Shown here one piece after another: positions 53,249 through 62,640 of a stretch of 64,000 nt of DNA. The position numbers and the translations under genes were made by a program. Source of the DNA: Alphaproteobacteria bacterium (GTDB taxonomy: Bacteria > Pseudomonadota > Alphaproteobacteria > UBA828); contig CAXXMU010000002.1 in the NCBI GenBank assembly GCA_963667785.2, positions 576,001 through 640,000 on the forward strand. The letters are read 5' to 3'. The notes beneath the pieces are model-generated. The model ran no database searches. It had not been told where the DNA came from and was given only the letters and a program-made list of their open reading frames with translations. Each line of letters starts with the position of its first letter. Position 1 is the first letter of the stretch.

Positions 53249-53713
53249 ATGCGCAAGGCCCGCCAGGCGCAGCCTCTCTCCTCGCTGATCGGCAGGATCG
53301 CCGCCAGGTCCTTCGAGTCGCGGGGGCTCGCGGCGGCAGGGATCGCCGGCGCGTGGCCCGCGATCGTGGGCGAAGCCGTCGCGGCATGCTCGTGGCCCGA
53401 GCGCCTGGGGCGGGACGGCACGCTCCGGGTCTGCGTCGCCGGCCCGGTCGCGGTCGAGCTGCAGCATCTCGAGCCCCAGATCCTGGAGCGGATTGCCGTG
53501 CACTACGGCTACCGCGCGGTAACCCGGATCGCCTACGTCAACCGGGCGCCGCGGGCGCCCGTGACAGGCGGCAAACAGAGGCCGGCCCGGGCGAAAACCG
53601 ACTCGGAGTCGCTCGCGCGCGTCGAATCGGCGGTCGGCGCCACGCGGGACGCCCGCCTGAAGGCGGCCCTCGCGGCCCTGGGGCGCGCCGTTCTCACGCG
53701 CCCGCGCAAATAG
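53249..53713 (+). CDS. DUF721/DciA family protein
   Basis: WPAIVG, GTL.V, A.ELQH...ILERI...G; divergent from mutY as usual in Alphaproteobacteria. Confidence 0.85.
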   Translation: MRKARQAQPLSSLIGRIAARSFESRGLAAAGIAGAWPAIVGEAVAACSWPERLGRDGTLRVCVAGPVAVELQHLEPQILERIAVHYGYRAVTRIAYVNRAPRAPVTGGKQRPARAKTDSESLARVESAVGATRDARLKAALAALGRAVLTRPRK

Positions 53714-53844
53714 CAACCCGCTGATAAACCGCATGTATTTCGACTGAAAGAGCGGCGACCCGGGGCGCTCAGACGCCACCGGGCGAGGCCGGGATCAGAC
53801 GAACTATACTTTTCGCCGCGCCCGTGCGTACAGTCCGCGCCGGA

Positions 53845-54588
53845 ATGGTCAGCGAGGCCGTCACGTCGCAGGAAGCCCCGCCGGGTGCCGGAAGGGACTC
53901 GGTCTTCTCCTCCGTGCGGCAACTGGACCAGCCGCCACTCATACTACCGGTGGGGTTGGCCTTCGACAGCCGCCTCAAGATGGAGGGGCTCTGCTTCCTC
54001 GGCCTGCTGCCGGACGCCACCGTCCCCGTCGCCTTCCTGGACCCGCAGTATCGCGGCGTGCTCGATCATCTCGCCTACGGCAACGAGGGCGTGCGCCGCG
54101 GCGCAGGCCGCGCCGCCCTGCCGCAGATGACCGACGAGATCCCGTCGTTCATCCGCGAGCTCGACCGCTGCCTGATGCCGAGCGGACATCTCTTCCTGTG
54201 GACGGACAAGTACCACCTCTGCACCGGCTTCGGCGACTGGCTCGCGGGCACCGCGCTCGCCATCGTGGACATGGTGACCTGGCACAAGAAGCGCATCGGC
54301 ATGGGCTACCGCACCCGGCGGGCGAGCGAATACCTGATCGTGCTGCAGAAGGCGCCGCGCAAGGCCAAGGGCGTGTGGAAGGTGCACACCATCCCCGACG
54401 TGTGGAGCGAGGCGGTCGAGCCCCGCAACCGCGTCCACCCCAAGCCGGTCGGCCTTCAGGCCGCCCTGATCGAGGCGGTCAGCAATCCGGGCGACGTGGT
54501 CGTCGATCCGGCGGCGGGCTCCTTCTCGGTCATGGAGGCGTGCAGGCAGACGGGGCGGAGCTTCCTCGGATGCGACATCAATGGATGA
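53845..54588 (+). CDS. orphan beta-class N4/N6 DNA methyltransferase
   Basis: Motif IV variant FLDPQY, HPKP, motif I variant VVDPAAGS, GRSFLGCDI; start uncertain (53824/53845). Confidence 0.85.
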   Translation: MVSEAVTSQEAPPGAGRDSVFSSVRQLDQPPLILPVGLAFDSRLKMEGLCFLGLLPDATVPVAFLDPQYRGVLDHLAYGNEGVRRGAGRAALPQMTDEIPSFIRELDRCLMPSGHLFLWTDKYHLCTGFGDWLAGTALAIVDMVTWHKKRIGMGYRTRRASEYLIVLQKAPRKAKGVWKVHTIPDVWSEAVEPRNRVHPKPVGLQAALIEAVSNPGDVVVDPAAGSFSVMEACRQTGRSFLGCDING

Positions 54589-55225
54589 GGGCAGGACAGT
54601 GATTTCGCGGCGTTTTCTGCTCGGGGCCATGGCGGCGATTCCGGCCCTTCCGGCGGCCGCCCTGGTGGCGCCGGCGCGCTCGCTCGGCGCCGGCATCGGC
54701 GAAAGGCCCGGCGACCTGGCCCAGGGCGATCCGAACGCGCCGGTCACCCTGATCGAGTATTTCTCGCTCACCTGCCCCCACTGCCAGTGGTTCCACCAGA
54801 ACATCTACGACCGCCTCAAGCCGGACTACGTGGATGCAGGCAGGCTGCGCTACGTGGCGCGCGACTTCCCGCTCAACGCGCCGGCCCTTCATGCCGCCAT
54901 CCTCGCCCACTGCGCCGGGCGTGAGCGCTACTTCACCTTCGTCGACGTGCTGTTCCAGACCTTCGACGACTGGGCGCGCAGCAGCCGCTACATGGACGAG
55001 CTGGTCCAGCTCGGCGAGCTGGGCGGGGTGAGCCGGGAGCGGTTCGAGGACTGCCTCGCGGACAAGGATCTCGAGGACTCGATCTTCCGCTCGATGGGGA
55101 TGGCCCAGGACGAACACGACGTGTCCTCCACCCCGACGATCGTCGTCAACGGCGAGAAGTACGACGGCAAGATGACCTACGAGGCGCTGACCCGTCACAT
55201 CGACCGTCTGCTCCAGGGCTCCTAG
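54581..55225 (+). CDS. DsbA-family thioredoxin-fold protein
   Basis: SRRFLL signal, EYFSLTCPHC, RDFPLN, STPT cis-Pro. Confidence 0.9.
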   Translation: MDEGRTVISRRFLLGAMAAIPALPAAALVAPARSLGAGIGERPGDLAQGDPNAPVTLIEYFSLTCPHCQWFHQNIYDRLKPDYVDAGRLRYVARDFPLNAPALHAAILAHCAGRERYFTFVDVLFQTFDDWARSSRYMDELVQLGELGGVSRERFEDCLADKDLEDSIFRSMGMAQDEHDVSSTPTIVVNGEKYDGKMTYEALTRHIDRLLQGS

Positions 55226-55240
55226 GCGGAGGGGACGCCC

Positions 55241-58200
55241 GTGCAGGTCACGAAGCTCAGGGTCGCCGGCTTCAAGTCCTTCGTCGAGCCGACGGAGCTC
55301 TACATCGAGCCCGGGCTCACCGGGATCGTCGGCCCCAACGGCTGCGGCAAGTCGAATCTCGTCGAGGCGATGCGCTGGGTCATGGGCGAGACCGCGCCCC
55401 GCCAGGTGCGCGGCGGCGGCATGGAGGACGTGATCTTCGGCGGCACCACCCGCCGCCCGTCCCACGGCCTCGCCGAGGCCACGCTCAGCCTCGACAACAC
55501 GGACCGCACCGCGCCGCCGGCGCTGAGCGAGGCGGCCGAGATCGAGGTGACCCGGCGGATCGAGCGCGGCGAGGGCTCCACCTACACCCTCAACGGCAAC
55601 GAGGTCCGCGCCCGCGACGTCCAGCTCCTGTTCGCCGACGCCGCTACCGGCGCGCACAGCTCCGCGCTGGTGGGGCAGGGGCGCATCGGCGACATCATCG
55701 GGGCGAAGCCGGTCCAGCGCAGGGCCCTGCTCGAGGAGGCCGCCGGCATCACCGGCCTGCACGCCAGGCGCCACGAGGCCGAGCTCAAGCTCCGGGCGGC
55801 GGAGACCAACCTCGAGCGTCTGCAGGACGTGATCGGCACCCTCGAAGGGCAGCTTCGCGACCTCGAGCGCCAGGCGCGCCACGCCCGGCGCTACAAGCGG
55901 CTCTCCGGCAAGATCCGCGAGACCGAGGCGGTGCTGCTGCTGGTGCGCTGGACGGCGGCCCGGCTCCGCGCCGAGGAGGTGTCGCGCCAGGCCGACGAGA
56001 CCGCGTGGAAGGTCGAGCGCGCCACCGCCGAAGCCGCCGAGGCGGCGCGCCGCCAGGCCGATGCCGCGGCGATCCTGCCCGAGCGGCGGCGCCACGAGAC
56101 CGAGCGCGCGGCCGCCCTGCAGAGGCTGCGCATCGAGCACGAGCGGCTGGCGGAGGAGGAGGAGCGCCTCGCCCGCGCCCGCGAGGAGAACGCGGCGCGG
56201 CGCAGCCAGATCGCCGCCGACATCGGGCGCGAGGAAGCGCTCGCCGCCGAGGCCGCCGGGGCCCGCCGCCGCCTCGACGAGGAGAGCGGCCGGCTCGCCC
56301 GCGAGGCCGAAGGCGACGCCGAGGCCGAAGCCGCGGCACGCACGGCCCGCGAGGAGGCGCGCGCCGAGGTCGAGGCGGCAGATCGGCGCCTCGCCGCGCT
56401 CGCCCAGGCGGAGGCCCGGGCGGAGGCGGAGCGCGAGGCCCTCGGCAGGCGGATCGGGGACGCGCGAGACCGGCGTGCGCGACTCGAGCGGGATCTGGCT
56501 GTCGCGCTCGACGAGCGCGCGGCGCTGGAGAAGGGCTCGCCGGCCGACGATCGCCTGGCCGAGGCCCGAGTCGCCGAAAGTGCGCACGCCGCGCGGTTCG
56601 AGGAGGCGCGGACTGCGCTGCGCGAGGCGGAGGCCGCGCGTGCCCGTGCCGAGGACCGCGAGCGGTCGCTGCGCGAGGAGCTGCGCGCGGCCGATGCTAA
56701 GCTCGCAGGAAATGAAGCGGAGCGCGCGGCGCTGGCCGCGCTGCTCGCCGCGCCTGATGCCGGCAACGGCCCGGCACTGTGGGACCGGGTGACGGTGAAG
56801 CCGGGCTTCGAGGCCGCCGTGGGCGCTGCGCTCGGCGACGACCTCCAGGCCGGCACCGACGAGGACGCGCCGGTGCACTGGCGCACCCTCGCCGGGGCAT
56901 CCGATCCCGCGCCGCTGCCGCCGGGCGCCTCGCCGCTCGCAGACGCGGTACGGGCGCCGCAGGCGCTGGCGGCGCGGCTCGCGCAGATCGGCGTGGTGGC
57001 GGAAGCCGAGGGCGCCCGCCTGCAGCAGGCTCTCCGCCCCGGCCAGCGACTCGTCAGCCGTGAGGGCTCGCTCTGGCGCTGGGACGGCTTCACGGTGGCC
57101 GCCGACGCGGCGACGGCGGCGGCCCGCCGGCTCGAGGCGCGGAACCGGCTGGCGGCGCTGGCCGGAACCTGCGCCGAGGCCGAGGGCGCCAAGAGCGCGG
57201 CAGAGCAGGCCGTCGCGGCGGCGACGGCGGCCAGGGAGGAGGCGGAGGCCGCCTGCGGCCGGATCCGCGCCGCTGCCGACGAAGCGGCGGACGCGCTGCG
57301 GCAGGCGCGGGAGGCGAAGTCCCTGGCCTCGGCCGAGGCGGCGGCGGCGCGAACGCGGCTTGCCTCGCTGGAGGAGACGGTCACGCGGCTCCGGCAGGAG
57401 AACGCGGAGACGGACGAGGCCGAGCGCCTGGCGCAGGCCGCGCTCGACGCCCTGCCGGCCGAGGACGACGCAGGCGGCAAGGTGGAGGTCGCCCGCCTGC
57501 GGGACGAGCTGGCCGCTCTCCGCAACCGCTACGAGGAGCGGGCGGCCCGCCACCACGAGGTCGCCCAGGCGGCCGCCGGGCGCGGCACCCGGCTCGCCGG
57601 GCTGGCGCGGGAGAGCGAGATCTGGGCGGCGCGCGGGGGCAGCGCGCGGCAGCGCCTCGCGGACCTCGCCGAACGGCGGGACGAAGCCGAGGCGGCGCGT
57701 GCCGCGCTTGACGCCCGCCCCGCCGCGCTGGAGGCGAGGCGGGCCGACCTGCTCGACGCCATCGGGCGCGAGGAGGCGACGCACCGCAGCGCCGTCGATG
57801 CGCTGGCCCGAGCCGAGGAGGAGGCGAAGGCGGCGGCCGGCGCGCTCAGGCAGGCCGAAGCGGCGCTGGGCGCGGCCCGCGAGGACAAGGCCCGGCTGGA
57901 GGGTCTCGTGACCGAAGCCGGCCACGCGGAGGACCATGCCGCGCAGCAGATCACGGAGCGACTCGGCGTGGCGCCGGCGGAGGTCCACGCGGTCGCCGGA
58001 CTTGCGCCCGAGGACGAGCTTCCCGATGCCGAGGCGGTGGAGATCAGGCTCCAGCGCCAGATCCGCGAGCGCGAGAACATCGGCGCCGTGAACCTGCGGG
58101 CGGAAGAGGAGGCAGGCGAGCTCGAAGAGCGCATCCGCGAGATGCAGGACTCCCGCACCGACCTGCTGGAAGCGATCGGCCGCCTGCGCCGGGGCATCGC

Positions 58201-58705
58201 GAGCCTCGACCGCGAGGGGCGGGAGCGGATGCGGGAGGCCTTCGGCACCATCGACGGACACTTCCGGCGCCTCTTCACCGAGCTCTTCGGCGGCGGCAAG
58301 GCCCACCTCGCGCTGATCGATTCCGACGATCCACTGGAAGCGGGGCTGGAGGTCGTGGCGAGCCCGCCCGGCAAGCGGGCGCAGTCGCTCTCGCTGCTTT
58401 CCGGCGGCGAGAAGGCGCTGACCGCCATCGCGCTGCTCTTCGCCGCGTTCCTGACCAACCCGGCGCCGCTCTGCGTGCTCGACGAGGTCGATGCCCCGCT
58501 GGACGACGCCAACGTGGAGCGCTTCTGCTCGCTCGTCGCCAGGCTGGCCGAGGAGACGCGCACCCGCTTCGTCATCGTCACCCACCACCGCATCACCATG
58601 GCCCGCGTCGACAGGCTGTTCGGCGTCACCATGGTGGAGCAGGGGGTCTCCGAGCTCGTGTCGGTCGATCTGGAGCGCGCCGTGCGTCTGCGGGAGAGCG
58701 CCTGA
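55241..58705 (+). CDS. smc: chromosome segregation protein SMC
   Basis: GFKSF, GPNGCGKSN, long coiled coils and hinge, LSGGEKAL, LDEVDAPLDDAN. Confidence 0.96.
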   Translation: MQVTKLRVAGFKSFVEPTELYIEPGLTGIVGPNGCGKSNLVEAMRWVMGETAPRQVRGGGMEDVIFGGTTRRPSHGLAEATLSLDNTDRTAPPALSEAAEIEVTRRIERGEGSTYTLNGNEVRARDVQLLFADAATGAHSSALVGQGRIGDIIGAKPVQRRALLEEAAGITGLHARRHEAELKLRAAETNLERLQDVIGTLEGQLRDLERQARHARRYKRLSGKIRETEAVLLLVRWTAARLRAEEVSRQADETAWKVERATAEAAEAARRQADAAAILPERRRHETERAAALQRLRIEHERLAEEEERLARAREENAARRSQIAADIGREEALAAEAAGARRRLDEESGRLAREAEGDAEAEAAARTAREEARAEVEAADRRLAALAQAEARAEAEREALGRRIGDARDRRARLERDLAVALDERAALEKGSPADDRLAEARVAESAHAARFEEARTALREAEAARARAEDRERSLREELRAADAKLAGNEAERAALAALLAAPDAGNGPALWDRVTVKPGFEAAVGAALGDDLQAGTDEDAPVHWRTLAGASDPAPLPPGASPLADAVRAPQALAARLAQIGVVAEAEGARLQQALRPGQRLVSREGSLWRWDGFTVAADAATAAARRLEARNRLAALAGTCAEAEGAKSAAEQAVAAATAAREEAEAACGRIRAAADEAADALRQAREAKSLASAEAAAARTRLASLEETVTRLRQENAETDEAERLAQAALDALPAEDDAGGKVEVARLRDELAALRNRYEERAARHHEVAQAAAGRGTRLAGLARESEIWAARGGSARQRLADLAERRDEAEAARAALDARPAALEARRADLLDAIGREEATHRSAVDALARAEEEAKAAAGALRQAEAALGAAREDKARLEGLVTEAGHAEDHAAQQITERLGVAPAEVHAVAGLAPEDELPDAEAVEIRLQRQIRERENIGAVNLRAEEEAGELEERIREMQDSRTDLLEAIGRLRRGIASLDREGRERMREAFGTIDGHFRRLFTELFGGGKAHLALIDSDDPLEAGLEVVASPPGKRAQSLSLLSGGEKALTAIALLFAAFLTNPAPLCVLDEVDAPLDDANVERFCSLVARLAEETRTRFVIVTHHRITMARVDRLFGVTMVEQGVSELVSVDLERAVRLRESA

Positions 58706-58788
58706 GCGCGAAAGACCGGATTCGGCGGGCGGCAGATTTTCGTGTTATTTCATACTATTACGGCGCCCGTCAGCGCCGCTTCCCCGGC

Positions 58789-58817
58789 TTGACAGGGGGC
58801 GGGGCAGCCCCTATGGT
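58789..58817 (+). promoter_or_regulatory. sigma70 promoter of the F0 atp operon
   Basis: TTGACA-N17-TATGGT, with an AT-rich tract upstream. Confidence 0.65.
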
Positions 58818-58870
58818 GCGGGCGTTTTTCGACTGCGGGGCCTGCGCGCGCCCTGGCCGAGCGGGTTTGC

Positions 58871-59221
58871 ATGGACGACAAACCACGGCCGTCCCTGGAG
58901 GATCTTGGCTCCCGGCTGCGCAAGGCCCGAGGCGAAGACGGGTCGGGCGATCGGGGACGATTGCCCGGCACGCGCCTTGGGCAAGCGCTGCACCTCGCGA
59001 TCGAAATGGCGGCCGCGCTGGCCGTCGGCGGCGGCATCGGCTGGCTGCTCGACGACTGGCTCGGTACCAGGCCGTGGCTGTTCGTGGTCTTCATCTTCGT
59101 GGGGATCGCGGCCGGCATCCTGAACGCATTTCGGGCGGCACAGAGGATGGGGGCCACGCCGTTGTCCCGCGTTGACGCGGAGCGGCGTGACGAGGGACAG
59201 GACGAGCGAAGCCAGGGGTAG
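58871..59221 (+). CDS. atpI: AtpZ/AtpI family protein
   Basis: E...VGGGIGWLLD.WLGT.PW..F..G.AAGILN. Confidence 0.9.
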   Translation: MDDKPRPSLEDLGSRLRKARGEDGSGDRGRLPGTRLGQALHLAIEMAAALAVGGGIGWLLDDWLGTRPWLFVVFIFVGIAAGILNAFRAAQRMGATPLSRVDAERRDEGQDERSQG

Positions 59222-59229
59222 GACGGCCA

Positions 59230-60003
59230 GTGGCAACGACGGAGAACGGCGCCGCCGGGCACAACGGCGATGCGCATCACGGCCCGCTCGATCAGTTCGC
59301 GATCAACCGCTACGTCGAGATAGACCTCGGCGGCTTCGACGCATCCTTCACCAACTCCGCGCTGATGATGTGCGTGACCGTGATCATCATCACGGCGCTC
59401 ACGACGCTCGGCATGGGGCGCGGGCGCCTGGTGCCGGGCAGGCTGCAGTCGATCGTCGAGATGAGCTACGAGATGATCGCCCGAATGCTGGGCGACATCG
59501 TGGGCGGCCGCGGCGCGCAGAAATTCTTCCCGTTCGTCTTCAGCCTGTTCATGTTCCTGCTGCTCGGCAACGTGCTCGGGCTGATTCCCTATTCCTTCAC
59601 CTTCACCAGCCACATCATCGTAACGCTCGCGTTCGCGCTGGTGGTCTTCGTCGGCGTGACGATCCTCGCCATCGTCATCCACAAGCACCGCTTTCTCACC
59701 TTCTTCCTGCCGCCCGGCGTGCCGATCTGGATGGCGCCGCTGCTGGTACCGATCGAGGTGGTCTCCTACATGGCGCGGCCGATCAGCCTGTCGGTGCGTC
59801 TCTTCGCCAACATGATGGCGGGACATTCGATCCTGCACGTGTTCGGCGCCTTCGTCTTCGTCCTGAGCTTCGCCGGCGTCCTGCCGTTCGCGTTCATCGT
59901 CGCCCTCTACGGGCTCGAGCTTCTCGTCGCCGTGCTCCAGGCCTACGTCTTCACCATTCTGACCTGCCTCTACATCCGCGACGCGATCGAGTTGCATCAC
60001 TGA
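59230..60003 (+). CDS. atpB: F0F1 ATP synthase subunit a
   Basis: [34 protein letters not shown]. Confidence 0.96.
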   Translation: MATTENGAAGHNGDAHHGPLDQFAINRYVEIDLGGFDASFTNSALMMCVTVIIITALTTLGMGRGRLVPGRLQSIVEMSYEMIARMLGDIVGGRGAQKFFPFVFSLFMFLLLGNVLGLIPYSFTFTSHIIVTLAFALVVFVGVTILAIVIHKHRFLTFFLPPGVPIWMAPLLVPIEVVSYMARPISLSVRLFANMMAGHSILHVFGAFVFVLSFAGVLPFAFIVALYGLELLVAVLQAYVFTILTCLYIRDAIELHH

Positions 60004-60061
60004 GCGGACTGGAAGCGGGTCGCACGAAATAGTCTCCGAACAAACCGAGGGAAACAGGATC

Positions 60062-60301
60062 ATGGACGCAGATGCAGCGAAACTGCTCGGTCAGCTCATT
60101 GGCGGCGGCCTCGCCACGATCGGCGTGGCCGGCTCCGGTGTCGGCATCGGCATCATCTTCGGCAACTACGTGTCGGCGGCGGGCCGCAACCCGGCGGCGG
60201 CGCCGAAGCTGTTCGGCAACGTGCTGCTGGGCTTCGCGCTGACCGAGGCGATCGCGCTCTTCGCGCTCGTCATGGCCTTCATCATCCTGTTCGGCTCCTG
60301 A
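60062..60301 (+). CDS. atpE: F0F1 ATP synthase subunit c
   Basis: GxGxGxG, RNP loop, GFALTEA with the proton-carrying Glu. Confidence 0.96.
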   Translation: MDADAAKLLGQLIGGGLATIGVAGSGVGIGIIFGNYVSAAGRNPAAAPKLFGNVLLGFALTEAIALFALVMAFIILFGS

Positions 60302-60345
60302 TCGGCAGCCGCCGGCTGGCCTGAGTCGAAGGCGGGAGGCGCCCG

Positions 60346-60837
60346 ATGCCACAGCTCGAGATGGGGGACTACGCGCCCCAGATCTTCTGGCTGGTCGTCA
60401 CCTTCGTCGCGCTCATGGTGATCATGTGGTCCGTGGGCCTGCCCCGGATCCGGCGCGTCATCGAGGCGCGCGAGTCGAAGATCAGCGAGGATCTCGCCGA
60501 GGCGGAGCGCGCCAAGGGCGAGGCGGAGGCCGCGCTCGAGGCCTACGAGGCGGCGCTGGCCGATGCGCGCTCGCACGCCCACGGCGTGCTCGCCGAGACC
60601 CAGGCGAAGCTGACGGCGGAGGCGGACGCGCTGCGGGCGGAGCTCGATGCCGACCTCGCCGCCAAGGCGGAAGAGGCGGAGGCGCGCATCCAGGAGACGC
60701 GCGCCCAGGCGCTCGCCAGCCTGCGCGACGTGGCCGGCGAGGTCGCGCGCGCGGCCACCGAGCGGCTGGTCGGCACCGCGCCGTCCGAGGACGCCGCCCG
60801 CGCGGCGGTCGACGCGAGCCTGGGCGAGGGGCGCTGA
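60346..60837 (+). CDS. atpG: F0F1 ATP synthase subunit b'
   Basis: MPQLE...QIFWL..F...LPRI...R...I..DL followed by a coiled coil. Confidence 0.92.
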   Translation: MPQLEMGDYAPQIFWLVVTFVALMVIMWSVGLPRIRRVIEARESKISEDLAEAERAKGEAEAALEAYEAALADARSHAHGVLAETQAKLTAEADALRAELDADLAAKAEEAEARIQETRAQALASLRDVAGEVARAATERLVGTAPSEDAARAAVDASLGEGR

Positions 60838-60840
60838 GCC

Positions 60841-61398
60841 ATGAAGAGGATGGTCAGGAAGCCCGAGTTCTGGGTGATCGTCGCCGCCTGCATCTTCGTC
60901 GTCGTCGGCAGCCAGATCACCGAGGACGCCAACTTCTGGATCCTCATCGCCTTCATCACCTTCTTCGGCGCCTTCGGCCGCGCCGCCTACAAGAAGGCGA
61001 CCGAGGTTCTCGACAAGCGGGCGGAGCGGATCAGGAACGAGCTCGAGGAGGCCGAGTCGCTGCGCGACGAGGCCAGGGCGCTGCTGGCGGAGCACGAGCG
61101 CAAGCGCCAGGAGGCCGAGGAAGAGGCGCGCCTGATGGTCGAGCACGCCAAGGCGGAGGCCGAGCGCCACGCGGCCGAGGCCCGCACCGCGCTCGAGGAG
61201 ACCATGAAGCGCCGCGCCGAGCTCGCGGAGCAGCGCATCGCCCGGGCCGAGGAAGAGGCCATGCGGGAGGTGCGCCAGACCGCCGCCGTGCTGGCCATCG
61301 AGGCGGCGCGCCGGCTCATCGGCGAGACCGTCGACGAGAGCCGCGCCGACCGCATGATCGAGGAATCGATCCAGGAAGTCCGCGACCGGCTGAACTGA
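60841..61398 (+). CDS. atpF: F0F1 ATP synthase subunit b with an extra N-terminal hydrophobic segment
   Basis: FW-type anchor, LDKRAERIRNELEEA..LR.EA, AEQRIARAE..A..EVR. Confidence 0.92.
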   Translation: MKRMVRKPEFWVIVAACIFVVVGSQITEDANFWILIAFITFFGAFGRAAYKKATEVLDKRAERIRNELEEAESLRDEARALLAEHERKRQEAEEEARLMVEHAKAEAERHAAEARTALEETMKRRAELAEQRIARAEEEAMREVRQTAAVLAIEAARRLIGETVDESRADRMIEESIQEVRDRLN

Positions 61399-61452
61399 CG
61401 CGAGAGCCCGCCGCTCGCGGCTCCGCCCGGCGCCGGCACGGGAGGCGCGCCA

Positions 61453-62640
61453 GTGTACAAGGGCATGTACGCCTACCCCTGGGACCTGGTGGACGAGGGG
61501 ATCGGCACCGCCACCGGCCGGATGCGCGACTGCGGCATCAACACGGTCACGCTGGCGGCGAGCTACCATGCCGGCAAGTTCCTGCGCCCCCACGCGCCGG
61601 CCGGCCGGGTCTACTTTCCCGAGGACGGCACGGTCTACGTCCGCCCGCGGCCCGAGCGCTACGGCGCGATCAAGCCGATCCAGAGCAGGCTCGCCGCCGA
61701 GCGCGACACCTTCGCGGAGCTCGCGGCGGAGGCGCCGGACATGGGGCGCGTCGCCTGGACGGTCTGCCTGCACAACACGCCGCTCGGCATGCGCCACCCG
61801 GAGCTGACGGTGCGCAACTGCTACGGCGATTCCTATCCCTACAGCCTGTGCCCGGCCTACGACGAGGTGCGGCGCTACGTCGTGACGCTGTGCGTCGACA
61901 TGGCGGAGCGCTACGAGCTCGACGGGCTGGCGCTGGAGACCCCCGGCTTCCTGCCCTTCGATCACGGCTTCCACCACGAGTTCTTCCTACTGCCGATGAA
62001 CCGCTGGGCCGGCTGGCTGCTGGGGCTCTGCTTTTCCGAGGGCACCATCGCCGCGGCCGAGGCCCGCGGCATCGATGCCGAGCGGCTGCGCTGGCAGGCC
62101 TGCGCCGCGCTCGACGGCTTCTTCGCCGCGCCGGAGCCGGTGCCGGAGCACGTCGCCGCCGAGTGGTGGATCGCGGACATCGTCGCCGACCCGGAATGGG
62201 CGGTGTTCCTGAGTTGGCGCTGTCAGCTCGTGGCCGATCTCGTGGCCGAGGTCCGCGCGGCTCTCCCCCGCGAGACCGGACTCGCGGTGATCCCGACCGT
62301 GCAGCGGCCGAGCGCCGCCGCCTGGTCGGAGGGGAGCGATCTCAGCCTGCTCGCCGAGGCGGCAGACACGCTGGAGGTGCCGGCCTACGAGGCGAGCGCG
62401 GCGGCGGTGGCGCTGGATGCCCGCGACGTGCGCCGCCGCGCGGGCGCGGACGCGCGCATCAGCTACATCCTGCGCCCGGCCCATCCCGATCTCGCGAACG
62501 GGGCGGAGTGCGCCGCTGCCGTGCGCGCGCTGAAGGCGGGCGGGCTCTCCGGCATCGCCTTCTACAACTACGGCCACGTCGCGCTCGGCGCTCTCGACCG
62601 GGTGCGCGAGGCGCTCGCCCTGCTGGAGGAAGAGACATGA
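61453..62640 (+). CDS. hypothetical protein, probable glycoside-hydrolase-like TIM barrel
   Basis: YAYPWD, TLAASYHAG, WTVCLHN, LCP, DGLALE, HGFHHE, FYNYG; RBS GGAGG before GTG. Fold is inferred. Confidence 0.7.
   Translation: MYKGMYAYPWDLVDEGIGTATGRMRDCGINTVTLAASYHAGKFLRPHAPAGRVYFPEDGTVYVRPRPERYGAIKPIQSRLAAERDTFAELAAEAPDMGRVAWTVCLHNTPLGMRHPELTVRNCYGDSYPYSLCPAYDEVRRYVVTLCVDMAERYELDGLALETPGFLPFDHGFHHEFFLLPMNRWAGWLLGLCFSEGTIAAAEARGIDAERLRWQACAALDGFFAAPEPVPEHVAAEWWIADIVADPEWAVFLSWRCQLVADLVAEVRAALPRETGLAVIPTVQRPSAAAWSEGSDLSLLAEAADTLEVPAYEASAAAVALDARDVRRRAGADARISYILRPAHPDLANGAECAAAVRALKAGGLSGIAFYNYGHVALGALDRVREALALLEEET

Noticed and set aside
53714-53800. SAM-II/SAH riboswitch-like sequence upstream of the methyltransferase (GCTGATAAACCGCATG..., GAGCG...CGCTC hairpin)
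   Set aside because: Only superficial similarity; conserved core and pseudoknot pairings could not be built. An Rfam scan would settle it.
54578-58588. Very long antisense ORFs (1336 aa here; also 11750-14830, 3415-5514, 19570-21525 and others)
   Set aside because: Shadow frames of real genes in high-GC DNA; no recognisable motifs.
53845-58705. MTase plus SMC as a defence system (R-M or Wadjet-like)
   Set aside because: SMC is the canonical housekeeping type in its usual context; no jetABD or endonuclease genes.
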